Source: Macrostomum lignano
Taxonomy: Eukaryota
Reading direction: 5' to 3'
NCBI GenBank assembly: GCA_002269645.1
Contig: NIVC01004764.1
Location: 1-35,618 of the forward strand
Length of the DNA: 35,618 bases
This document shows, piece after piece, positions 22,115 through 33,764 of this stretch. The number at the start of each line of letters is the position of its first letter. Within the stretch, counting starts at the first letter, position 1. The position numbers were made by a program, and so were the translations under genes. Under the pieces are notes generated by a model, which saw nothing but the letters and a program-made list of their open reading frames with translations, was not told the DNA's origin and searched no databases.

Positions 22115-22460
22115 GTGGCACAAAATGGCACCGGGAATGACAATATCGGTGGCACAAAATGGCACCGGGAATAGCAATAAGTGGCACAAAATGGCACCGG
22201 GAATGGCAATATCAGCGGCACAAAATGGCACCGGGAATGGCAATATCGGTGGCACAAAATGGCACCGGGAATGGCAATATCGGTGGCACAAAATGGCAAT
22301 GGCAATTTTAATGGCAATTTTAATGGCAATATCAGTGGCGCAAAATGGCACCGGGAATGGCAATATCGGTGGCGCAAAATGGCAACAGGACTGACACATC
22401 GGTGGCGCGAAATGGCACCAGGATTGACACTATCGGGTGTCACAATATGGCATAGGGAAT
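22115..22460. repeat. Minisatellite, 34 bp unit (GGCACAAAATGGCACCGGGAATGGCAATATCGGT)
   Basis: Copies at 22117, 22151 and onward; intronic. Confidence 0.93.
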
Positions 22461-22959
22461 GGCAACATCGGCGGCATGCATAAAAATGACATTTTAATTG
22501 GCCCTAAACGAATGAAATTTAACCTGGCTCTGGCGTTAGGAATAACACAAAAAATGACACTAGTAAATCTTCATTTTACTACTCAGTTTAGTCTGTTTAG
22601 TAGAGTAGTATGTGTCTGACAGTTCCTTTTGTATTCCAAAAGAACAAGAGATCAAGTGGGGCTTTCAAATGTATGTTTACATGTTACAAAAAGTGTTATC
22701 AGTTAAAGATTTTATTGCGCAGCTGAAGTGGTGTGTGAGAAAAACAGAAAGCGAAGTCGTTAGTCAAGTGTTAGTCAAGGGCGCCTTTGAGCACTTTGAT
22801 ATTCTAATTTTGTCTATTGATGTCTGCTCGATTTTTATGAATTAATTGTACAATTTTAACTGAAAAACTTACTGCAATGTACCTGCAAATGCTGTTGAAG
22901 TTAAATTTTGGCATGATTAAATTAAGAAAACGCCGACTTGCAGAATCCAATTTTTTCAA

Positions 22960-23565
22960 TTCCAATTTTGGTGTCCCAATTTTAAAATCCCAATTTTAGA
23001 ATATCAACTTTCGGATCCCAATTTTAGAATCCCAATTTTAGAATCCCAATTGTAGAATCCCAATTGTAGAATCCCAATTTTAGAATCCCAATTGTAGAAT
23101 CCTAAGTTTAGAATCCCAATTGTAGAATCCCAATTGTAGAATCCTAAGTTTAGAATCCCAATTTTAGAATCCCAATTGTAGAATCCTAAGTTTAGAATCC
23201 CAATTGTAGAATCCCAATTTTAGAATCCCAATTGTAGAATCCTAAGTTTAGAATCCCAATTGTAGAATCCCAATTTTAGGATCGTAAGTTTAGAATCCTA
23301 ACTTTAGAATCCCAATTTTAGAATATCAACTTTCGGATCCCAATTTTAGAATCCCAATTTTAGAATCCAAAGTTTAGAATCCCAATTTTAGAATCCCAAT
23401 TGTAGAATCCTAAGTTTAGAATCCCAATTGTAGAATCCCAATTTTAGAATCCCAATTGTAGAATCCCAATTTTAGAATCCCAATTGTAGAATCCTAAGTT
23501 TAGAATCCCAATTGTAGAATCCCAATTGTAGAATCCTAATTGTAGAATCCCAATTTTGAATCCCA
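22960..23565. repeat. Minisatellite, 14 bp unit (GAATCCCAATT[G/T]TA)
   Basis: About 40 copies; intronic. Confidence 0.97.
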
Positions 23566-24035
23566 AATCTCAAATTGCGATTTCAAATGCAGCTTCAATA
23601 GCAGGAACTGCAATCAGCATCTCGGAGCGGAGGCCGGATACTCGCACTCAGTCAGTTTGCAAATCGCGCACAACTTTATCAGCTGCGCGGCTCTGATAGG
23701 CAGATGCGCGCACTACAAGAGAGCCATAAATTCTATCAGGTCGTCCGGCTCCCGTGTGGGGGGGGAGCTGCAGACGCGGAGGCACGAGAGACAATCGCAA
23801 GCCTCCCCTTTTATAAGCGCTCTGACTTTCTTTTTACGACTCTCCGGTCGGACGCAGTCTGCGCGCCTTCGCTATGAAGGCCAAAGCGAAAAGAGGGCCC
23901 CGCGTCTCTGCGCTGTATCTGCCCTCTCTGTGCGCAGTTTTATTGTCGGCCTTCCAGCTGCGGCCTTGTGAATTGTGGAGAGAATGCAGTGAGATAGGGA
24001 CTGAGGGCTGGGCCTTTCATGGCACCGCTGCTGCG

Positions 24036-24071
<36 letters not shown>

Positions 24072-24072
24072 C

Positions 24073-24131
<59 letters not shown>

Positions 24132-24132
24132 C

Positions 24133-24163
<31 letters not shown>

Positions 24164-24164
24164 C

Positions 24165-24211
<47 letters not shown>

Positions 24212-24212
24212 C

Positions 24213-24243
<31 letters not shown>

Positions 24244-24244
24244 C

Positions 24245-24299
<55 letters not shown>

Positions 24300-24300
24300 C

Positions 24301-24343
<43 letters not shown>

Positions 24344-24344
24344 C

Positions 24345-24383
<39 letters not shown>

Positions 24384-24384
24384 C

Positions 24385-24423
<39 letters not shown>

Positions 24424-24424
24424 C

Positions 24425-24463
<39 letters not shown>

Positions 24464-24496
24464 CACAGACAGACAGACAGACAGACAGACACACAC

Positions 24497-24567
<71 letters not shown>

Positions 24568-24586
24568 CACAGACAGACACACAGAT

Positions 24587-24619
<33 letters not shown>

Positions 24620-24665
24620 CACAGACAGACACACAGACAGACACAGACAGACAGACAGACAGACA
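24036..24665. repeat. (GACA)n microsatellite with CACA interruptions
   Basis: Direct reading. Confidence 0.98.
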
Positions 24666-25294
24666 AATAGACACATTACTGATGGCACCGAAACAAACTG
24701 TCTTCAGGGAAAGTGAGAAGTTGAGGACATGGAGCGGAGATTCAGGGTGAGAGACTTAGAGGGAGCTGAGCACAAGCCCCATCTCTGAGGTCTGAAACGA
24801 GCAGCGAATTCCAATCTCGCCTCTGCCAAGTGCCAGTGTGCCAGCAACGCAATTCCAAATTGGCTGAGCCTGGGCGAATCCCCGAGCATCGCCGTCCAGT
24901 TTGAATGATGACGGGGGGAGTCTGCGTGGGAAGCGAGTTCCGCACGCATTCAGCGATGCCGCGCGTACGAAGAAGGTCGTTTATCTTCGAAGCCAGCCGC
25001 GGAAGCGATCGGGAGTCTGGAAATGCCGCCGCCGGTGCCTCGCTGGGGTGGAGGGCGACGGCGAAATCGGATTAGTCTCAAATCCGGCCACCTCCGAGCT
25101 GAGGAACGCAAATCGAATATTTTGGCCGGCAGCCAAAAATCTTGCTGCTGCTGCTGCTGCTGGCGCGGATCGGAGTCCAGGATTGTTGCGGAATCGGGGA
25201 AGCTGATGACATCGTCGGCTGGCCTATGCGGCTCGGTCACATATTTGAGCTCGAGAGTTCAGGACTGTCGCAACCATCTCAATTGCCATATTTC

Positions 25295-26095
25295 CCCCCA
25301 CTTCCCCTCTCTCCCCTCTCACTTGCCCTCTCTCCCCTCTCACTTGCCCTCTCTCCCCTCTCACTTCCCCTCTCTCCCCTCTCTCCCCCCACTTCCCCTC
25401 TCTCCCCTCTCACTTCCCCTCTCTCCCCTCTCACTCCCCCTTTCTCCCCTCTCACTTCCCCTCTCTCCACTCTCACTTGCCCTCTCTCCCCTCTCTCCCC
25501 CCACTTCCCCTCTCTCCCCTCTCACTTCCCCTCTCTCCCCTCTCTCCCCCCACTTCCCCTCTCTCCCCTCTCTCCCCCACTTCCCCTCTCTCCCCTCTCA
25601 CTTCCCCTTTCTCCCCTCTCACTTCCCCTCTCTCCACTCTCACTTGCCCTCTCTCCCCTCTCTCCTCCCCCACTTCCCCTCTCTCCCCTCTCACTTGCCC
25701 TCTCTCCCCTCTCACTTCCCCTCTCTCCCCTCTCTCCCCCACTTCCCCTCTCTCCCTCTCACTTCCCCTCTCTCCCCTCTCACTTCCCTTTTCTCCCCTC
25801 TCACTTGCCCTCTCTCCCCTCTCACTTGTCCTCTCTCTCATCTCACTTGCCCTCTCTCCCCTCTCACTTGCCCTCTCTCCCCTCTCGCTTTCCCTCTCTC
25901 CCCTCTCGCTTTCCCTCTCTCCCCTCTCGCTACCCCTCTCTCCCCTCTCGCTTCCCCTATCTCCCCTCTCGCTTTCCCTCTCTCCCCTCTCGCTTTCCCT
26001 CTCTCCCCTCTCGCTACCCCTCTCTCCCCTCTCGCTTCCCCTATCTCCCCTCTCGCTTTCCCTCTCTCCCCTCTCGCTACCCCTCTCTCCCTCGC
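25295..26095. repeat. Polypyrimidine minisatellite, 21 bp unit (TCACTTCCCCTCTCTCCCCTC)
   Basis: Variant gradient from TCACTT on the left to TCGCTT/TCGCTA on the right. Confidence 0.95.
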
Positions 26096-26769
26096 CCCCA
26101 CTCCAAAGAGCACCCAGCACAGCACCACCCAGCAGCATGATCGCTAGTTGTCCAAGGATTTGCATCTCCCAGCAGCAGCAGCTGCCTCAACCGCAGAAAA
26201 ATTCCCATATCCTTAACCGGGCTTTCCGCGTAAGATACGGGCCGCTTGGGATATAAAGCTGTAAAGCAAGAAAGTTTTATGGGTTTTTTTGGTGCTATAT
26301 ACGCGCGCGGCGGCGTATTATATGGTGTTGTCAAAGCCGCAACTGCCCCAAGAACAAGACTGCATGCCCGGTTTTATTGCACCAGCTTATACGAGAGCTC
26401 GCAGTCAGTTTTTTCAGACCGCCCGCCCCGCCGTTCCGAAGTTGTAAAAAATCTCTTCTCGCTAACGATCAAAGGAAAACTAGCGACACTATTGACTGGG
26501 TGAGGGCGGGGGCGCTATAATTTTTTGGGGGGAGTTTCTCGCTATAAAACTTTGGGTCTGGCATTGTGCTTATGCCTTTTTAAAACCATTTTTACTGGCC
26601 CAAAGCCACTCAAAACCTGAGGTAGATCATTTTATTACTAAAGTGTGCGTATCTCCGTGTTTATACTTTGTGTTTCAGAGTTTTTACTTGGAATGAATTG
26701 ATAAAAATATCTCATTCGCATTGATAAGTCTATCCGCTCCATGAACTGGTGGTCTCAATATCCTTAATG

Positions 26770-27165
26770 ATTGGACTGGCGGCCTCAAAATCCGTGATGA
26801 ATTTGACTGCATGGTGGCCTCAGAAACCGCCATCCTGGCGGCCTCAAAGACAGTCATGGATGGACTGGCGGCCTCAAAGACAGTTATCGATGGACTAGCG
26901 GCCTCAGAAACCACCATGAACGGACTAGCGGCCTCAGAAACCACCAGGAATGGACTGGCGGCCTCAGAAACCACCATGAATGGACTGGCGGCCTCAGAAA
27001 CCACCATGAATGGGCTGGCGGCCTCAGAAACCACCATGAATGGGCTGGCGGCCTCAGAAACCACCATGAATGGACTGGCGGCCTCAGAAACCACCATGAA
27101 TGGGCTGGCGGCCTCAGAAACCACCATGAATGGACTGGCGGCCTCAGAAACCACCATGAATGAAC
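26770..27165. repeat. Minisatellite, 30 bp unit (ATGGACTGGCGGCCTCAGAAACCACCATGA)
   Basis: About 9 homogeneous copies plus degenerate left copies. Confidence 0.95.
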
Positions 27166-27497
27166 GGCCCGAAACCGCCCGGGATGAATCACTGGAAAGT
27201 TTGCTAAAGCAGAAAATGCGCAAAAAGAATCGAGCTAAAAATGGGATAATCTAAAAAAACCAGCCGGAAAACTTTTCTCCCAAGCACGGAGGGGATTTTC
27301 CTCCTTCTGTTGCGACAAGATTCGGCGCTATAGAAGACCCAGATAGTGGACTGACAGCGGCGCAGTTCCCCCCTTATCCCTTTCCCCGTGTTTGCGTCCT
27401 TTGCATACGGCGGAACTCCACACTACAGCAGAATCGACCGAGTGTTATTTAGAATGAAGCGCATAATTTTCTGTCGGTTCCGGTTTCCAGACAAGTA

Positions 27498-27500
<3 letters not shown>

Positions 27501-27568
<68 letters not shown>
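27501..27568. repeat. (CT)n microsatellite
   Basis: Direct reading. Confidence 0.99.
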
Positions 27569-27571
<3 letters not shown>

Positions 27572-27924
27572 TTAATTAGAACGCAACTGGAGGGGGCGCG
27601 CAGCCGCTTTAAAATAAAGTGGGAAATGCGGAGTTTCCACGAAAACGCAGTTCGGCTTTGCACCCCCCCCCCCTAGGTTTCGCGATATAATAAACTAACA
27701 ATGCCGGGGGTATATCGTCTTCTTCTTGCGGTTCGGCTTGGACTGTGCGAATAAAATATAAAATTCTATTTTTTAAGGTGTGACTTATAATGATTTTCTA
27801 GCAGCACAGAGTTTATGCATAGTATTCGATTACTAACTAAGGACTGATGGCGATTTTTGGGGAAACTGAAGAAGGTAATCCTGAAGCCGCAATATCCGCT
27901 TAATATCCACTGACCAAAGTGCGA

Positions 27925-28850
27925 ATCTGAGGACAGTGCCCCCTGAGAACAGTATCCCATGAGGACAGTGACCCCTGAGAACAGTATCCCATGAGGACAG
28001 TGCCCCCTGAGAACAGTATCCCATGAGGACAGTGCCCCATGAGGACAGTATCCCATGAGGACAGTATCCCATGAGGACAGTGCCCCATGAGGACAGTATC
28101 CCATGAGGACAGTATCCCATGAGGACAGTATCCCATGAGGACAGTGCCCCATGAGGACAGTATCCCATGAGGACAGTATCCCATGAGGACAGTATCCCAT
28201 GAGGACAGTGCCCCCTGAGAACAGTATCCCATGAGGACAGTGACCCCTGAGAACAGTATCCCATGAGGACAGTGCCCCCTGAGAACAGTATCCCATGAGG
28301 ACAGTGCCCCATGAGGACAGTATCCCATGAGGACAGTATCCCATGAGGACAGTATCCCATGAGGACAGTGCCCCATGAGAACAGTATCCCATGAGGACAG
28401 TATCCCATGAGGACAGTGCCCCCTGAGGACAGTGCCCCATGAGGACAGTGCCCCATGAGGACAGTATCCCATGAGGACAGTGCCCCATGAGGACAGTATC
28501 CCATGAGGACAGTATCCCATGAGGACAGTATCCCATGAGGACAGTATCCCATGAGGACAGTATCCCATGAGGACAGTATCCCATGAGGACAGTATCCCAT
28601 GAGGACAGTATCCCATGAGGACAGTGCCCCATGAGGACAGTATCCCATGAGGACAGTATCCCATGAGGACAGTATCCCATGAGGACAGTATCCCATGAGG
28701 ACAGTATCCCATGAGGACAGTAGCCCATGAGGACAGTATCCCATGAGGACAGTATCCCATGAGGACAGTAACCCATGAGGACAGTATCCCATGAGGACAG
28801 TAACCCATGAGGACAGTAGCCCATGAGGACAGTATCCCATGAGGACAGTA
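27925..28850. repeat. Minisatellite, 16 bp unit (CATGAGGACAGTATCC)
   Basis: About 57 copies; starts about 75 nt inside the intron after the stalk-exon donor. Confidence 0.98.
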
Positions 28851-28924
28851 AGAACACAAAATCATTGAGAAATTGGCAAAGTCACAGAAGAGGCAAGAGC
28901 CACAAACACCAGTCGCTCCCTCAC

Positions 28925-29218
28925 CTTCAGTCCGGGCCACCTGGGTGAGGTTGAAGCGAGCCAAGTTAATGGGTGGCCTAGGGTTGCCATTGTCGATGAG
29001 CTCTTTCCAGTCGGACAGCGGCCTGCTCTGCGGCTGCTTTTGCTGCTTGCGAAGAAATGAACCTTCTTCAGCCGGCTGCTGCTGCTGCTGTTGCAGGTCC
29101 CGAAATACAGAGTCAGCAGTGACGGCACCCGGCGACAGCTCTGTGGCATCTGGAGAAGTGGTCGGCGCCATGCTTAGCAGCCTGGATCCAAACGGCAACA
29201 GGCTTTTTCCCACCCTGG
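28925..29218 (-). CDS. NGFR: p75NTR-like receptor: Ser/Thr/Pro/Gln-rich stalk exon (acceptor uncertain: 29218 or 29246)
   Basis: GC-rich open frame SMAPTTSPDATELSPGAVTADSVF..FNLTQVARTE. Phase-1 donor G|GTGAGG at 28924 matches the phase-1 acceptor of the TM exon. Confidence 0.6.
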
Positions 29219-29832
29219 CTACACTCCCAATGTTCGAATGAATTCGCTGCAGCTAGTCTGCGTTCAAAGCCGAGCTGCGCCGGTTTTTTTAACGCCGAAA
29301 AGAAGGTAATTTTGAATTCGAACTTATAAAAGGCGGCCCCCAGCGCAGTGCAGTTGCTTTTGGATGAAACCGAGCCAGCCAATGAGCTGGGGCCGGTGCA
29401 AAAACGGCTGAACGGGCTGGAAATCTCTTCTCTTCATAGATAGCTTCCTGCTATCTACGATTTATCTGGTTTAACGATGTCCTTAGCATGCTACTGACTT
29501 CAGTAGTGTGAGAAGAATAGAATTTTGCTTATTTATCGATCTGGATGTATTTCTGCTTTAAACGTATCAATCTCTAAGAAACTAAGTAGTAGTCTAAGTA
29601 GTGACTATGCCAGGCGTTTTGCATTTAGATTTATTTTTCAAAAAAAATTCAATCCTTTTTTCCTCCCCTGTTGAGGGCTACGATTACTTGCTACGATAGT
29701 TTACTAAGGGAGGCTCTCTTTCTATCCCCCATCAGCCAATCAAAAAGCTCAGATAGCTTACTATGTAGCGAGGAGGCTCTCTTTCTACCCCCAACAGTCC
29801 CATCAGCCAATCAAAAAGCTCCGATAGCTTAC

Positions 29833-30379
29833 TAGCGAGGAGACCGCTGGCTTCAGAGCGGCAGACAGGTCCGGATGGTCGCTGGCAGGTTTCGGGCAGT
29901 AGCTGGTAACCGGGTGGACAGGCGGTAGCGCAGAGCCGGCAGATTCTGTTACGCAGGCCGGCTAGGGGCGCCGAGAAGCTCCCAGCTGGGCAGGGCGCGC
30001 AGTCGGCCACCCGAGTGCCGTTGCAGCTCGCTGGGTCCGCGAGGCCCTGGCCAATCGGGCAGCTGGCGCAAGGCGCGCAGTCACCGCCGCGCAACCGGTA
30101 ATAGCCGTCGGCGCATGGGCAGATGGTGTCCCGCTCGGCGGTGCACTCGGACACCAGCCTCTCGGACGGCCGGTTGCACGGTCGGCATTTTTCGCAGTTG
30201 TACAGCGCGCTAACTGCGGCGCTGAATGTGCGCATCTGACCGGAGCTGCACGGAACGCATTCGGTGTCGTGGAATTTGCCCGTAGCCTCATCCCTGTAGC
30301 ACTTGGTGATCATGCCGTAGCCTTTGGAACACGGCCTGCAGCACAGCGAGCCAACGCTCTCCGTTCCTGGCCGACATTT
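29833..30379 (-). CDS. NGFR: p75NTR/TNFRSF-like receptor: exon encoding four cysteine-rich domains
   Basis: Acceptor TTTAACCCACAG|AAA at 30380. 24 Cys in TNFR spacing (LCCRPC..TECVPC..TFS..CEKCRPC..ECTAERDTICPCADGYY..CAPCASC..DCAPCPAGSFS..CRLC..C..C). Donor A|GTAAGC at 29832; an alternative donor follows 29762. Confidence 0.88.
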
Positions 30380-31026
30380 CTGTGGGTTAAACCAGTTTTG
30401 ATACGTGAAAGTCTCTCCCTCGCTGGTTTCATGTAGCTCACGCATTTGATTGGCTGCTGAGGGTAGAAAGTAGCATCTAGCCTCTAATAAGGGGGAAGAG
30501 GGGTAGGGTGGTGTCTGGCCTCTGATTGGCTGCTGGGTGAGGGGTAGGGTAGTGTCCGGCCTCTGCTTGGCTGCGGGAATAAAATACTACTTAATAATCT
30601 CTACGTTAATGATAGTACTTTTTAGCTGCCTGTTTAAACTTTTCTCGTGCAAAAATCGTAGCAACAGATTCTTACAGTAGAAAGACAAGGATATGATATG
30701 ATTTTTATCAAACAAAGATACGCGCATTAGACAAAGAACGAGCTGATTCGATTTTAATGACTGAACTCATTGAAAATCTAGGAATTTTTATTTAAAAGTT
30801 TTGAGTGAATCTGATGCTAGGTACTAACCTACATGCTCAGATATAATCAGATATCTGTGTTGAGGGACCCGATTGTCTATGTACGGCACTTCGTAGGCCC
30901 CCACGTTTGATGTGGGCACAGATTAATGAAACTTGGAGAGGGAGCAGCCCGCCCCTATTTCACTACCGCATACATGTAGGTGCAATGTGTGCGGTTCGGA
31001 TATATTGCTTGAATAAAACCGTTTAC

Positions 31027-31180
31027 TGCCCTGCTACAGACAGACCAACGTGCGCTGGCACATTTTACAGCAGCGGCAGCAGCAAACAACAACAGAGGGG
31101 CAGAGGCAATACTGACTTGCTGTATCAACTTTAGACACACCCAGGGTCAGGGGAATCCGGGCCCCCGCCGCCGCTGCCAT
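31027..31180 (-). CDS. NGFR: Candidate signal-peptide exon of the p75NTR-like receptor (needs one 1-nt frameshift near 31141)
   Basis: ATG at 31180 gives MAAAAGARIPLTL. The adjacent frame gives VCLKLIQQVSIASAPLLLFAAAAAVKCASARWSVCSRA, then phase-0 donor GCA|GTAAAC, which fits the phase-0 acceptor of the CRD exon. Confidence 0.45.
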
Positions 31181-31334
31181 CGTAAACTTTTTTATGACGA
31201 CCTCGGCCACCCCCCCCTAACTATATGGCAGCGCCTGGCTGCATGGCTGGCTCAAAAAGTTGCCCTAAAACACTTCTTACTGACTATAATATGCTCAGCC
31301 GTATTAATTAGTGGTAGTGCCTTAGTGTGTTGGC

Positions 31335-32920
31335 AGAATGGCACTGAGACATGCAGAATGGCACTGAGACATGCAGAATGGCACTGAGACATGCAGAATG
31401 GCACTGAGACATACAGAATGGCACTGAGACATTCAAAATGGCACTGAGACATGCAGAATGGCACTGAGACATGCAGAATGGCACTGAGACATGCAGAATG
31501 GCACTGAGATATGCAGAATGGCACTGCAGAATTCAGAAGGGCACTGAGACATGCAGAATGGCACTGAGACATGCAGAATGGCACTGAGACATACAGAAGG
31601 GCACTGAGACATGCAGAATGGCACTGAGACATGCAGAATGGCACTGAGACATACAGAATGGCACTGAGACATTCAAAATGGCACTGAGACATGCAGAATG
31701 GCACTGAGACATGCAGAATGGCACTGAGACATGCAGAATGGCACTGAGATATGCAGAATGGCACTGCAGAATTCAGAAGGGCACTGAGACATGCAGAATG
31801 GCACTGAGACATGCAGAATGGCACTGAGACATACAGAAGGGCACTGAGACATTCAGAATGGCACTGAGACATGCAGAATGGCACTGAGACATGCAGAATG
31901 GCACTGAGATATGCAGAATGGCACTGAGACATACAGAAGGGCACTGAGACATTCAGAATGGCACTGAGACATGCAGAATGGCATTGAGACATACAGAAGG
32001 GCACTGAGACATTCAAAATGGCACTGAGACATGCAGAATGGCACTGAGACATGCAGAATGGCACTGAGACATTCAGAATGGCACTGAGACATGCAGAATG
32101 GCACTGCAGAATTCAGAAGGGCACTGAGACATTCAGAATGGCACTGAGACATGCAGAATGGCACTGAGACATGCAGAATGGCACTGCAGATTTCAGAAGG
32201 GCACTGAGACATACAGAAGGGCACTGAGACATGCAGAATGGCACTGAGACATGCAGAATGGCACTGAGACATGCAGAATGGCACTGAGACATACAGAATG
32301 GCACTGAGACATTCAAAATGGCACTGAGACATGCAGAATGGCACTGAGACATTCAGAATGGCACTGAGACATGCAGAATGGCACTAAGACATGCAGAATG
32401 GCACTGAGACATACAGATGAGTTCTGAGACATTCAGAATTGCAATGAGAAATGCAGAATGGCACTAAAACATTCAGAATGGCACTAAGACATTCAGAATG
32501 GCACTGAGACATTCAGATGGGTACTGAGACATTCAGTATGGCAATGAGACATTTAGAATGGCACTGAGACATTTAGAATGGCACTGAGACATGCAGAATG
32601 GCACTAAAACATTCAGAATGGCACTAAGACATTCAGAATGGCACTGAGACATTCAGATGGGTACTGAGACATTCAGTATGGCACTGAGACATGCAGAATG
32701 GCACTGAGACATTTAGAATGGCACTGAGACATGCAGAATGGCACTAAAACATTCAGAATGGCACTGAGACATGCAGAATGGCACTGCAGATTTCAGAATG
32801 GCACTGAGACATGCAGAAGGGCACTGAGACATGCAGAATGGCACTGAGACATGCAGAATGGCACTGAGACATGCAGAATGGCACTGAGATATGCAGAATG
32901 GCACTGCAGAATTCAGAAGG
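31335..32920. repeat. Minisatellite, 20 bp unit (GCAGAATGGCACTGAGACAT), with a 240 bp higher-order repeat
   Basis: About 79 copies; rows 31381-31560 equal rows 31621-31800. Confidence 0.98.
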
Positions 32921-33599
32921 GCAACAAGTCGCCCGGGCTGACACAGATGTCTCAACACCTTCCCAGATCTTACCTGCGCCTGTCCATCGGCAGGCTTCAC
33001 CAGTGCAGCTCTAACTCTTGGCATTATTAATAATTGTCTCTAAATCCGACTAACTCTTAGCTTGCTTGTGGCTATCAAATCTAAGGTGAGAAGCTATGAG
33101 AATGCCCGCTGATTCGCCCTGCTAGAGAGTCTGAGGGTTTATATAACACTAAGTCCTGTAATTGCTCCAAACAAAAGCCGCCGGGTCGCCGCGGTCGGGC
33201 CAATGGTGAGCGGCCATTAATTCGCCTTTACAATTTTTAATTGCAGGTAGGGGGAGGGGTGGAAAGTGTGCGGGGCGGCCCAAGAATGGCATCAAACGCG
33301 GCCGCGTGGATTTCTGACCCGCCGTTTTGCTCCGCAGACTGGCAGTGAAAGCAGGCGCAGCTCCCACTGCCAATACGGCCAGACCGCTCTGGGCCATAAA
33401 CCAAAAAAGTGGGGCAGAGAAGAGTCGACCGAAAGGCGCGCAGCCAAGGACACCCAGTACGAGAACCTGGAGTGACAACTGTAGGGCTCTCTTGGTAGTT
33501 TTCACACAATTTACGCGGCATATTTCTTATTATATTAAGATATCATAAATTCCGCTTGTTTTTGTAAATTTGGTCTCAATTCAGACCCGAATATATACA

Positions 33600-33670
33600 T
33601 CACAATCAATACATAAATCATACATAAATTAAACATAAATAAATACAAATACATAAATACATAAATCCAC
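33600..33670. repeat. Low-complexity (ATACATAA)-like tract
   Basis: Degenerate repeats of ATACATAAAT. Confidence 0.7.
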
Positions 33671-33764
33671 ATTTGAAAACACCAGAATTTAAGAGCACCC
33701 CTTCCGGAGGGCCTCTACTACACCTGCACTACATTTGTACTGCAGCATCTGGACGTTAAACCGT

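Noticed and set aside
26684-27223. 30-bp repeat as an extra stalk exon of the receptor
   Set aside because: The available minus-strand acceptors are phase 2 for the SEAASP frame, incompatible with the flanking phase-1 junctions.
29732-30445. ORF-track start MRELHETSEG.. and end ..SYLSFLIG as true termini
   Set aside because: Both are intronic read-through beyond good splice sites (30380 acceptor; 29832 and 29761 donors), with no signal peptide.
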